From the NCBI RefSeq assembly GCF_009914755.1, contig NC_060927.1: DNA of 64,000 nucleotides; one strand, given 5' to 3'. The notes below the pieces were generated by a model that ran no database searches, was not told where the DNA came from, and saw only the letters and a program-made list of their open reading frames with translations. This document shows, one piece after another, positions 37,229 through 50,500 of this stretch (its first letter is position 1; each line of letters begins with the position of its first letter). A program made the position numbers and the translations under genes. The stretch comes from the human T2T-CHM13v2.0 reference genome, Homo sapiens.

Positions 37229-37450
37229 AATAAAACATATATATATAAAAATAGATTACTAACAATGAATACACTAGAAGGTAATGGATTAAACATGCCA
37301 TGGTCTAATTTGGCACCCCCATATGCAAACATTGTAAAGAATTCTTAGAGAATGTTTTGATACGCTACAAGCTTAAGGGAAAGAAAAAAATAACTCTTGG
37401 AGAATTAAAAAATGGTATAGATCCCATGGTAACAAGATTTTGGTTTAAAG

Positions 37451-37961
<511 letters not shown>

Positions 37962-38281
37962 ATTTAAGATGTGGATCTATAGACCATCTCTTTAATCTTC
38001 AATCCCTCACTTCATTTCACTGAGCCTTAGAGTTCTAATTCTAAAGCAGAAGTTCCAATTCTATAGTTCTAATTCTGTAGTTCCAATTCTAAAGCAAGGG
38101 AAGATAATGGTATCTTCCCTTCCAACCATGGATTGTGTTGGCTTACATATGTGATAAAATAATATATGTGTGAGCAGTATGTAAATCATAAGAGTGTAAA
38201 AAAAGTTATTATATGTGGAATACTTTCCTGTGTCATTGATAGAATTAGGTTGATGTGTGCTTCATTGTACCCTCTTTTACA

Positions 38282-38552
38282 GATGGATAACTACTGTACA
38301 AACATTTCACAGCTTCAAATACTTCAAATATATATTTTAGAGCTATCCCAACACCATTTTTGTAGAACTGATGGATGGATACTACTGTACAGACATTTCA
38401 CAGCTTCAAATACTTCAAATATATATTTTAGAGCTATCCCAACACCAGTTTTGTAGAACTGATGGATGGATACTACTGTACAGACATTTCACAGCTTCAA
38501 ATACTTCAAATATATATTTTAGAGCTATCCCAACACCAGTTTTGTAGAACTG
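38282..38552. repeat. 91-bp tandem repeat, 3 copies
   Basis: ctactgtaca recurs at 38291, 38382 and 38473; copies 2 and 3 are identical over the aligned length. Confidence 0.97.
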
Positions 38553-38727
38553 AAGCTGTAACACATTATTGAAATCACATCATAATCTAAAACCTAAAAC
38601 AAATAAACTTTTTATGGAAAAACAGGTGAAATTAGCATAATTTCACCTTACCAATGGCATTTTAGTCAGCACTTAAATTTGCCTTAAGTTGTGAAATATG
38701 AATGATAACACAGTGTGATTTACTAAA

Positions 38728-38960
38728 TGGGTCAAGTATCCCTTATCCAAAATGCTTCAGACAAGAAGCATTTGGATTTCAGATTTTTTTCAGATTCTGA
38801 AATATTTGCATTATTCAACTGAGCATCCCAAATCTGAAAATCCAAAATCCAAAATGCTCCAATGAGCATTTCTTTTGAGTGTCATGTTGAGTGCTTCAAA
38901 AGCTTCAGATTTTAAAGCACTTCAGATTTCGGATTTTTGGATTTTGGATTCTCAATCTAC
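38728..38960. mobile_element. Tigger4a / MER46A MITE
   Basis: agtatcccttatccaaaatgctt...gagcatcccaaatctgaaaatccaaaatccaaaatgctccaatgagcatttc. Confidence 0.88.
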
Positions 38961-39059
38961 CTCATGCCCTGTGTTTCACCTGGCGATGCTGCTAAAATGA
39001 TAGGCCTTTACCCAATTTCAAGTTATATTCATTCGTAAGTTTGTGCAGATGCCCTGTTT

Positions 39060-39225
39060 CAGTGTTTGAATCCTGGATTAGTTACTAACTAGCTGTGTGA
39101 CATCAAATAAATTACAAAATCTTTCAAATTTCATAGGGTTCTTGTGAGGACTAACTAATGTATGTGTAATTTCAGACACATAATAGGTGCTCAGCAAACA
39201 GTTGCCACTATTGTTATTATTTTAT
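39060..39225 (+). mobile_element. MIR fragment
   Basis: gtttgaatcctgg...ttactaactagctgtgtgac...catagggttcttgtgagga...cacataataggtgctcagcaaa. Confidence 0.7.
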
Positions 39226-39389
39226 TAGAACCATAGGAATAGTAATTTTATTTTTAAAATAATCAAGCATATCAATTTTTATACAAGAAAATTATTTCAA
39301 AAGAACCCAATTCAAACATTCTAATATATAGTTTCATGGACAGAAATTAGTACTCAGCTTCTTAATAGATCAGAACTGTGCTTTTAGAC

Positions 39390-39682
39390 CAGGGATTGAA
39401 ACTATAGCCCACTGCCTGCTTTTATACAGCTTTTGAGATAAAAAGAGTTTTTACACTTTTAAATGATTGAAAAAAATTTTTGTGAGAAAATTTCAGGAAA
39501 TTTAAATTTTAGTGTCCATAAATTGTTTCATCATAACTCAGCCATACTCACTTATTTATATATTGTCTATGGCTGCTGTTGAGATACAACAACACTTAAA
39601 TTGTTACAACACAGACCTTACGGCCTGCAAAGCTAAAACGTTTAGTATCCAGATGTTAACAGAAAAAGTTTACTGAACCCCC
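39390..39682. mobile_element. MER58B-like hAT-Charlie element
   Basis: aaactatagccc...ttttacacttttaaatgattgaaaaaa...cagccatactca...tattgtctatggctgc...ggcctgcaaagctaaaa...acagaaaaagttt. Confidence 0.82.
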
Positions 39683-40799
39683 ACCCCCACTAGACCAGTC
39701 CTAACTCCTTGCTACATTGCCACAATCCAATGAGACCATTCTAGTAAGCTCACATTGTTGCCTCTCTGTCTCGAAACAGATCTCCTGTAGCACTTCACAT
39801 TCCACCATCAAACCATCCTGACTCCCCAACTCCTGATTCCTCATCCATCTCCTGATATCTGCATTTGCCCTGATGGCTCTGACCTCACTTCTTGACCACA
39901 ACTCACATTTACTTCTAATAATACATCAGCTCCCGCTAATCAGATGGAAGAGACCATTGGATCCCATTCAGATATGAAACCCCACTCCAGCAAGTTAATC
40001 CAGTGGGAATTTCCAAGTGTATTCTGGATGCACTTCTGGAAAATTTGGTGCATTTCACTCACCCACTATGTATATTAAACATCTGCTATATACCTAAGAC
40101 TCTAGTATGTAAGAGGGAGGGGGTATAGGGGGTAGAGAGAAGGGTGGTTTGGGGAAGAAGAAAGGGACAAAAAAAGGTAGTGAGATAAAACAATCAAGAA
40201 AATGAATCAGTTTAGTGATAGGCTGTGAGTTACAGACAAGATAATAGAAATTCAAAAATAAAAGATGGATAGGTGGAATGGAAATAATTTTAAAAAAGAC
40301 TCCACTGGGAAGATTAGAACTAAGCTAGCTGAAGATAGTGTGGATTTGCAGAACAGATATTAGGGGAAAGCAGAAAAAATAAATAGGTAGGTGAAATGAG
40401 TTCTATATTTGAATGACCTACCTATAATATGTGTCCCAAATTGTGAAGCTGCCTCACTTCCCCAATCTCCCACTTCCTGTAGCAATAAACTGCAAAAAGC
40501 CACAGCCACTGAGTAGGCTAAAAATTGGCAACTCTCTCTGGCTGGACCCGTGAAGGAAGGCACACTTTCCTCCAGCAATGTAAGCAGACCCATATTAGGG
40601 CACACAATAAGGTAAAGAAGGATGGCTTTCAGTCTCCCTTTGCATCCCCAAAACTGAACACTCTTGCACAGCACAACCTAACCAATAATACATTGCAGAT
40701 CTACAAATGAGTGGATCCCTAACTGCAGCTTGTGTTTGGACATATTTTGTTGACATCTTCTACTGCATTAAAACCACTTGAATTAACAAATTAGTTGGC

Positions 40800-41750
40800 A
40801 ATATGTTATGTTGGCTAGGATTGGGTAAACAGGTACTCTCACACGTTGTTGGTGGGGAAGCAAAAATCATACAATTCCTACAGAGAGGAATTTTCCAAAT
40901 TCTACTGTAATTACCTATGCATTGCCCTTTGGCACAGCAATTCCAATTCTAGGCATCTGTTGTGAAGACATACTGGCAAAAATACAAAATTACTTATGTC
41001 GAAGGCTATACTTTAAAGCTTTATTTATTTATTATTTCTAGTAAACTGGAACAACCAAAACATCTATTAATAGTAGATTGGCTCAATAAACCAGATTTGG
41101 CAAAATTTTTCTGTAAAAGGCCAGATACTAAATATTTTAGACTCTGGTCTCTATGGTCTCTGTTGCAACTACTCATCTTTCTCACTGCAGCACAAAAGCA
41201 GCAATAGACAATATACAAATGAGCATGGTTGTGTTTTAATATAACTTTATTTGTGAACACTGAAATTTGCCTTTTAAATAATTTTCATTTTTAAAAAATA
41301 CTATTATTATTTTAATTTTGTTTTCAGTCATTTAGAAACATAAAACTGATTCTTAGCTTGAAGTTCATAAAAAATAGGTATAAACAATGGTACATCCCCA
41401 TAATGGGACCCTGTATAGTTGCCCAAAAAAATGAGGAAGATATTCATACACTAATATGGATCCAGAATGTAGTAAGTGAAAAAAACAAGGGGCATACAGT
41501 GTTTATAGTGTGCTATTGTTTAAAAAATTGAAGGAAATATGATTGTCAATATATACAATGTTTTTATTTTCAAAAATATAGGATGGAGGATAAAACAAAA
41601 ACTAATTAAAGAAATTACTTATAAGAGGGATGAAACAGACCACAGTAAAAGGAAATGGAAGGAAGATTTTTGTGAATGTAACTGGTAATATCATTTTGAC
41701 TTTGGGATACAGTTTTGACATAATTAACAAAAAATGAAATCACCAAGAAA
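40800..41750 (+). mobile_element. Ancient L1 (L1ME/MD-type) 3' fragment with a nested MER58
   Basis: gggtaaacaggtactctcacacgttgttggtggg...cagcaattccaattctaggcatct...aaactggaacaaccaaaa...tggctcaataaac | aatggtacatcc. Boundaries approximate. Confidence 0.7.
41091..41378. mobile_element. MER58B-like element, opposite orientation to the 39390 copy
   Basis: ttggcaaaatttttctgtaaaaggccagatactaaatattttag...ggtctctgttgcaactactca...aagcagcaatagacaatat. Confidence 0.82.
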
Positions 41751-42854
41751 AAATTGATTTAGTTGTCAACATTTAAAAATCGGGATATGTCAAAGAAATC
41801 TGAATTTTCTTTCTCTTGAACTATTGAAAGATCTGGCTGGTATTTCTGAGTCCACTTTCCCATGTGGGAGTCACCTGACGAAGCCAAGTTTTAGCAACCT
41901 CCTTTTCAGGAAGACATATTCTCTGATTGGCTACAAGACCTGCTCAGTTGGCTTCACTTTACTTTGCTTGGCATGTGTAAGCATTTAAGCTTGCAACGTC
42001 TGCCCAGGAGAAACAAACTAATTAATATTTGATGCTTAATATGACAGGTAATAGGAAACTATTCAATATTTTGAGCATGAGTGTGCAATGATAAAAGTAG
42101 TGTTTCAAGGAAATTAACCTGCCAGTTTATGTATGACAATTTGGAGTGTGGAAGAGCCTGATTCCAAAGAGTCTAATACATATTTGTTTAGGTTAACATA
42201 GGCATGGGATAAACTGACCAGGTGGCTGATGGCTGCAAGATGGAGAGAAAGTGAAACAAAAGTCACCAGGAGAGGGAAATTGCTACATTAGAGCTGGAAA
42301 AAACCTGAGAGCTCATTTAATCTCATGTCCCCATTTTACAAGAAACTGAAGCTCAAACTGGTAAAGGAGTGTATTTGCAGTTTCACATCTGGTTAATATC
42401 AAGGTTAAGATTATCATCTAAACTTTCTGGGTCTTAATCTAATCTAATTACCACTAAATTTTATTGTTTTGAGATTGCAATAGGTAGGTGAAGACAAAAC
42501 TAGTTAAAGAATTTAACACTCATAACCACATAAGGACTAATTGTGTCATGGTGCCCCCAACATGTAAAGCGGGTGCTTCTCTGCCTGGAAGCAAAGTAGT
42601 GCCACTGACAGAACTAGAGAGTTTGAAAGATAATTTCTCCTAGAGGAGGATACAATAAATTTGAGTTTTAAACATGGTGGGTAAAGTGAAACATGTATTT
42701 TGCAATGTGTAGCAGGCAGCTGAAAATCTTTGCAAGTAGGCAATTACATAAGATATCCCTCAGTTTATTACTGCTATAAATTAATGTCTATTTAATCTAT
42801 TCAGTCTACTACATCTGTTATAACAAAAGAGAATAGTCATTATATATTTGTTAC

Positions 42855-43080
42855 AACCATAGATGGAATAACACAAAGAGCAAACCATAAAGTATGGATT
42901 TTAGTTAATAATAATACTGTATCAATATTGGCTCATCAATTCTAACAAATGTATCACACATGCAAGATGTTTATACTAGGGAAAAACTGGGGAGGTAGGG
43001 AAAATAGGAACTCTCTGAACTTTCTGCTTAGTTTTTCTGAATCATAAAACTGTTCAAAAAAATGAAGTCTATTAATTAGT
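42855..43080 (+). mobile_element. L1MC-type 3' end
   Basis: tatcaatattggctcatcaattctaacaaatgtatcaca...tgcaagatgtt...ggaactctctg...ctaattaa. Confidence 0.72.
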
Positions 43081-44975
43081 TTTAAATTATATTGGTGGAA
43101 AAATCCACCAGTAACCTATTGTGAGGCTACAACATCATATTACCAGTTTGCTCCCTCAATGAAGCTCCACTGGAAACATCTTTAAAAGGCACAAATGACT
43201 AAGTGCCAACCCAGATTTAGAGTGAATATTAAATTTTGCTTCTGGAAAAAAAAGTGAGAATGCTTTAAAAATCAATTTTTAGAAATCCATGAGAAATTTT
43301 TTAAAACCTTAAATTTTAAAAAGCGAATTACCTTGAAACTGATACAGGTTATTTAGCATTTTCTCCTGCTGAAATGTGACCTCTTGGTTATCAGCATTAT
43401 TAGGGAGATTGGTCTTTGTACCTGACAGAGGTTTTGTACTACAACATTGATTGCAACATACACAACATATATTCACTGATTCTGTGATGAATGGCTGGAA
43501 AATATATGTACAAGCCTGCTGACATTCATCATATTGTCACCAATCCTAATGTTTAAATGCCTAGGAATTAAATATTTATTTCTAAAGCTAAACTGATTAT
43601 ATGGTAGTCCACTTGGGTCATTACAGTCAGAGTAATTAAATCAACCAGGGTTCAATGACCTTCACATAATAATGTAATCACATTTTCATGATATTAAAAC
43701 AGGAAAATTGACTTGTCATTCATGTTTGCTTCCACTGACACTTCAAAAGTAGTTATTTTTCTCCTTCTCCTCCTCCTCCTTCTTCTTTATTATGTTTTTT
43801 AAATTAGTTGCTGCATAACCACAGGGAAGTGAATGAAAACATATTTAGACCCTGACTTTGTTATCCCACAGCTTTAGAATATTGGAGTGTCAGAACTTCT
43901 AGGATTGACTTAATTATTTAATTTCAGTGGGTCTCAACTGGGAAGCTCCACCCATCCCCAACTCTTTGAAAGCCATTGCTATAATCCAAACTCTTTATTT
44001 TAAGACGAGGATGCTGCGGCCCAAAGAGATTGGCTAATTTGGTCAAGCTCTGTAGTGACAGATCTTGGACTTGAATCCATTTATCTTGTTCTATACAGCA
44101 TCCTCCTTTTCATATCATGTTACCTTAGGTCAATTGATTCAGTTCTGCATACACTTGTGCTTTATCAGCAAAAAGCAAACACATTAAAATGGGCTGATTG
44201 CTATAGCCCCTTATAAATTCTAAGATTCCTTCAGTAAACTGTGTGTGGGTATAAGGAAATAAATGTAGGGGGAAGAGGTGGTAATATTTGGCTTCAATTG
44301 TTTTTTTCCTCTTTCCCTTCACTATACAGCAAACAATGAAATTGAACATATTTGATCCAGCATACCTATGGAAATTAGACTGTAGCTAGTCCAAAAAGTG
44401 ACTCCTAGAGTCATCCTATATATCACTGCAGGCACTGTGAGGCTCTCATGAGATCTCATGTTTTACAGGTAGACTAGACTACAACTGGGTGGAAGGTGCC
44501 CACCCAGCTATTCCCCCAAAGTTTTCAATTAGCAAAATACACATACTGACAAGAAAGCTCAGTCTTAAAGTTCTGCTTATTTCCAGAGGACTCAGACAGT
44601 AAATAGCTGTTAGAGCCACCATTTCTATTTCACATGAATATAATTTTAGGTAATTCTCTTTGTACAAATTAAATAGCTTCTTTATGGCTGTCTTACCCTC
44701 TCAATTAGGGTGATAAGATCTCATGTTCCTTTCAGGGTTTTCAAGTCTGGGAGAAATTGTGGGAAGCCTGATAAATTACTCTATCTTGTGCCTGCCTCAA
44801 CTCTATAGCTTATGTCCTGCATACTACAAGGGAGAATCCTTTTCAATGTACTTCCAATTTTGAGAAAAACAACAAACTTCCAGGAACCAAATTGCTGCCC
44901 TGCAGCCAACAGGCAGTTCCTGGCTTCTGACTCTAGTTTCTCTGTGTACCTCTAAATTGTGAAGATTAGTGGCAT

Positions 44976-45090
44976 AGTAGAGGCAGGGTTTCGCCATGTT
45001 GGCCAGGCTGGTCTCAAACTCCTGACCTCAGGTGACCCACTCAGCCTCCCAAAGTGCTGGGATTACAGGCATGAGCCATTGCGCCCAGCC
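44976..45090 (-). mobile_element. AluS left arm only (right arm and tail missing)
   Basis: agtagaggcagggtttcgccatgttggccaggctggtctcaaactcctgacctcaggtga...gcgcccagcc; no poly-T to its left. Confidence 0.92.
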
Positions 45091-45229
45091 TTTATTTCAT
45101 AGTAGGTCACTGTGGGCTGTCTTGCCTTGAGAAAAGGCCTTTGGATATGTGTACATTTCTGGTCATTCCCTGAGCCAAAGAATACGGCAGGAATTCTTAG
45201 AAACAAAGGTACATCTCAAACATCAAGTA

Positions 45230-46437
45230 CAGTCATGCGCAGCATAACAAAGTTTCTGTCAATAAAGGAACACATATATGATGGCCCCACAAAATTATAG
45301 TACTGTTGAAAAATTTCTATCACTGGAGTCATCATAGCCATCATGATGTCATAGGTAAATACATTGCTCACATATTTATGGGGATGCTGGTATAAACAAA
45401 GCTACTATGCTGCCAGTAGTATAAAAGTATAACACGTACAATTATGTACAGTACAAAATACTTGATAATGATAATAAATTACTACTACTGGTTTATGACT
45501 TTACTATCTATACTTTTTATTGTTCATTTGGAGTGTACTCCTTATACTTATTTTTTTTAATGTTAACTATAAAATAGCCTCAGGAAGGTTCTTCAGGCGA
45601 TATTCCAGCAGAAGGCATTGTTATCATAAGAGATAACAGCTTCATTTATGTTATTGCCCCTGAAGACCTTCCAGCAAGACAAGAGGTAGAGATGGAAGAT
45701 CGTGATATTGATGGCCCCGATGCTGTGTAGGCCTAGGCTAATGTGTACGTTTGTGTTATTTTTAACAAAACAATTTTAAAAGTAAAAAAAATTTAAAAAA
45801 TTAATAATAGCAAATAGCTCATAAGGATTAAAGGAAGAAAATACTTTTGTACAGTTGTGTAATATGTTTGTGTTTTAAGCTAAGCATTATTACAAGAGAC
45901 AAAAGTGAAAAAATCTTTAAAGTGTATAAAATTAAAAGGTTACAGTAAGCTCAGGTTAATTTATTATTGAATAAAGAAAATTTTTTTATAAATGTAGTGT
46001 AGGCTAAATGTACAGTGTTTCTGAAGTCTACAGTAGTGTACAGCAATGTCCTAGGCCTTTACCATTCACTTACTACTCACTTATCAGTCACTCACTCACC
46101 CAGAGCAATGTCCACTCTTACAAGCTCCATTCATGGTAAGAGCCCTATACAGGTGTACCATTTTTTACCTTTTTACTGTATTTTCACTGTACCTTTTCTA
46201 TGTTTATGTATGTTTAGACACACAAATACTAACCATTGTGTTACAATTACCTACAGTACAGTAACTTGCTTTACAGGTTTGTAGTCTAAGAGCAATAGGC
46301 TATGCCATATAGTCTAAGTGTGTAGTAGGCTATACCGGCTAGGTTTGTGTAAGTACATTCTTTGTTTGCACAGTGACAAAACCACCTGATAATGCATTTC
46401 TCAGAACATATTCCTATGGTTAAGTGATGCATGACTG
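45230..46437. mobile_element. Tigger3b-like non-autonomous DNA transposon (1208 bp)
   Basis: TIRs cagtcatgcgcagcataac / gttaagtgatgcatgactg; TA TSD on both sides. Confidence 0.9.
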
Positions 46438-47329
46438 TATTAAATGTTTGTATAATGTAACAGGAAATCCAGTATCTTGGGGAAAAAAATGAAATTGGAG
46501 GTACAATTTCCTTGAATACCTAGAAACCATTTTTTAAACAGGATCCCCTTAATGATTCACATATCTGAGATTGTTTATGTAATAAAACTAAGAGAGTAAC
46601 TCAAAGTTACAGTTTATATAATTAGAAATCGAATTTACTAAAATATTACTAATTTCACTTACTCCACAATGTTACATACACATGCACTCCAAGAGAAAAA
46701 AAAATCATGAAAAGATTGCTTCAAATACATTTACTTTTTTTACTTCAAGATAATAACCACAACTAGCAGGACAGGATATGAAGAAGCTTCAAAAGCATCA
46801 ATCAGTTTCATAGTTAGCAGCATCACCTTTCTTTGGAAAACTTTTTTTTTTTTGAGGTAGAATATGCCCTTGTCCTGAGCAAAGCTGACAAAGAGAACTG
46901 AATAGACAGGATGGCAGCAATGCCTGCCTTTTCTCCACGGAAGGGAAGACTAGGGGAAAATTGTCTAGCACTCACTCCTTCACCTGCTTCCCATCCCCAG
47001 ATGCCTCTTACTGTTTTGCCTTGTGTTTTCCCTCTAAACTTTACTGTTTGTATAGATAGGCAAAAAAAAAAAAGTACTTCTAATCTTGCCGCAAACACTG
47101 AACAATTAAACTGGATTTTGTAGAACTGCTTGATACCACTTCCTCTGGACCAAATTTTCAGGTTTAGGACTTCTAAAGAGAGGAAAATCTCAGTACAAGA
47201 ATGCCTTTTAAATTACTCTTTTGTCTTCTCTCTATATGTTTTTTTTTCTACCATGCTTTATGGAAGAGGGAAATATGTAAATAAATATGGAATGTTTCAT
47301 TAAGAGCACCATCAGTTATTTGCTTTTAT

Positions 47330-47570
47330 TATTTGTTCATTTAACAAATATTTATTGAATTCATCAATGCATAATATTAGCTAAATGCTGAGTATGTATA
47401 TGGTAGTCAACAAAATAGACAAGGTCATAATGAAGCTTATACTCCTGTGAGTTACACATTAAATTAAATAAACATTTGCTATGTGAATAAATAATCAGGT
47501 GTAATTAATTTACACTGTAAGGTCAAGGAAAAATTTTCTGAGGTAATGACACATATGAATATCTGAAAAG
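47330..47570 (-). mobile_element. L2 3'-end fragment
   Basis: ttcatttaacaaatatttattga...caacaaaatagacaaggtc...gaagcttatactc...ggtcaaggaaaaattttctgagg. Confidence 0.7.
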
Positions 47571-50500
47571 GGATCCTATTTAAAGAAGGCTGACTAGAGA
47601 CTTCAAACATCTTCCCTCTCCAGAAAGCAAAAACAAAATTACAAATAGATAATCATACCACAAACAGAACATCTAGGAGAGAACATTGGAGTCCAACAGA
47701 TAAGTCATGAGAAATACCTAAAGCACAGAAGGAAAAGGAAGCAAAAGGCTAGCTTGGCCAAACTGGCTGGGAGCCCAGGTGGGTCTGGTATTGCAAAGAA
47801 AAATTAAATGAGAGAAGATTACTTGTCCCCATCCCCACCATGTACTGCTATGATCTGAACTATGGGAGAGCTTCTCTATTCACACTAACGCTGCCACTAG
47901 CATGGGTGGCGATTTGGAGACTCCACATGAGGTCATTGCACCAGACAGGGAACTCATGCTGGGTCACTCACCTCCCTGAGACCTAAGCAGCTGCAGCAGG
48001 CTGTCATTGTGAGAGCACAGCAGTGATGGGGCTACATCTTGCCCTGGGAACCACAGATCTCATATATCTACATATTGGGAGCTCCAAATGACATATCCCA
48101 GTATCTACCTGGAGGGCTACAGTGCCACAGTGCTGGCTGGACCCAAAGGTGCTGCAGGGTCCCTAGTACCTTATCCCACAGGGAAATGACAATGCTGAAC
48201 AAAAAAGGCAGCCCCTGGGACAAAGGAAAACAAAATACATACTTTTCAGAGCGTGAGAGCTCCCTCTCTGTGGCTGTGAGAAACGACCTCACCCCTAGCT
48301 GTGGCACAAACTCTGCGCTCAGCCATGGAGAGTGAGATCTCCTCTCACCAGAGGAGTGGCCTCTGTGCTAAGGCTCACCCACAGAGAGCAGAACCCTTTC
48401 TCCTCCTTTGTACACCACAATATTATTGATTGGTAGGCACAGCCACTACTGCTGCCACTGAAGGCTGAGGTGGGTGGATTAGCATACTGTCTGTTTGAGC
48501 CTATGGGTGGTGACTGTATCCCCACTGGTGGTGTGGCCTTCATGCCTGGGCTTGCACATGAAGGACTGGGTACTTCCCCTCTGCATGGTGCTGCAGCACT
48601 TCTGTTGTCAAGAGCAGTGAACCTGAGAGCTGTGTGTCTGAGGCTGTGGATGGTGATCCTGCACCATGGCAACCGCCAACATCAGCATGTAAAGCTCAGG
48701 ACCCAGAGGGTCATTATGCCGCTCTACTGCCATCACCCAATCCATGCCAGCTACTTACGGATCCAAAAACCTGCTCACCCATTTGGTCCACTGCTGCCAC
48801 TACCAGCATCTGAGCAAGCCACCTGTAGGTCCAAGAATTTGCCTGCCTGATCCAAATATCCCCAGTGCCAGTATAAATACCATGGCGCCTAATGCCAGGC
48901 ATACTCAGCCAATCACTGTCACAACTGGGGCCCAAAGACTGGCCCACCTGGCACCCCTGTCCCTGGCAAAACTTCACTACAGCCTCCGTTAATAACCCCA
49001 ACTGAAATCACTGAAGAATGACAGATACCGCTGATAGTGATAATAGACAAAGAAACCATACAGAGACTACTCTACTACATATACCCAAAATCAAAGCCAG
49101 AGCACCCTACCCAATCAATAATATTGATATACCTTCAGGAAAAAGTCCTCCCCTGTGGAGTCAATCCAAAAAATTGAAAGAAGTATCTATTATACCAGAT
49201 GTGCAGATATCAAAGTAAGGAAAGAGGAAACATGAAAAAGTAAGAATATATGACAACTTCAAAAGAATATAATAATTCCCCAGTAATAGATCCCAATCAA
49301 AAAGAAATTCTTGAAATCCTAGAAAAAGAATTCAAAATTATGGTACTAAGGTTCAGTGAGATACAAGAGAATTCTGAAAAACAATGCAAATAAATCAGAA
49401 AAAGCAATTAAGAATATAAATGAGAAATTTACCAAAGAGGTAGATACTATAAAAAAGAACAAAACAGAAATTCTGGGACTGAAGAACTTCTTCAATAAAA
49501 TAAAAAATATACTCAAAAGCTTCAACAATAGACTAGATCAAGCAGAAGAAAGTATATCAGAACTTGAAGATGGGTCTTTTGAAATAACCCAGTCAGACAA
49601 AAAAAAGAAAAAAGAATAAAAAAGAATGACAACAATCATCATGATACACAGAACATCATAAAGCAACCAAATATACAAATAATCAGTATCTCCAGGCAAA
49701 GAGAGAATGAAAGGGTTGGAAAACCTATTTAACAAAATAACAGATGAAAAATTCCCAAGTCTAGCAAGAGATTTAGACACCTATATACAGGAGGCCCAGT
49801 GATCCACAAACAGATAAAATGAAAAAGGTTCTTCTCCATGGTACATTATAATAAAATTGTCTAAAATCAATGACAAAGGAACATTCTAAAAGCACCAAGA
49901 GAAAAGTGTCTCATTATATAAAGAAGCCCCTATCAGATTAAGCACAGAGTTTGTAGCAGACACTTTATAGGCCAGGAGAGAATGGAAGGATATATTCAAA
50001 GTGCTGAAAGATAAAAATGGCCACCCAGGTATACTATATCCAGCAAAAATCTTCTTCATAAATGAAGGAGAGATGTGGTCTATTCCAGATAAGCAAATGC
50101 TGAGGGAATTCATCACCACTAGAATGACCTTACAAGAAATGCTCATAGGAGTTATAAACCTTGAAGCAAAAGGATGACAGTTTCCATCAAAAAGCACACA
50201 AAAATGTAAAACTCACTGGTAAAGGAAACAAACAACTAAGGAAGACAGTAGACTCAAATGGTACCATTGCAGAAAATCAGCAAAACACAAGGAATATTGA
50301 TAAGAGAAAAAAAAAAAGAAATGAAGACTATAAAAACAACCAGAAAACAACAATATGACAGAAATATAACAGAAAACAACCCTTGCATATCAATAATAAC
50401 TCTGAATGTAAATGAATTAAATTCTCTACTTAAAAGACATAGACTGGATGAATGAATTTTCAAAAAACAAACATCCAGTTATATGCTGCCTACAAGAAAT

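Noticed and set aside
38330-38545. Recurring ttttagagctat, resembling the start of the S. pyogenes CRISPR repeat
   Set aside because: The intervening sequences are near-identical, so this is a plain 91-bp tandem repeat. The DNA is primate and there are no cas genes.
48039-49218. Cluster of 66-126 aa ORFs in a GC-richer stretch
   Set aside because: It lies in the 5' UTR of the old L1, and higher GC content lengthens chance ORFs.
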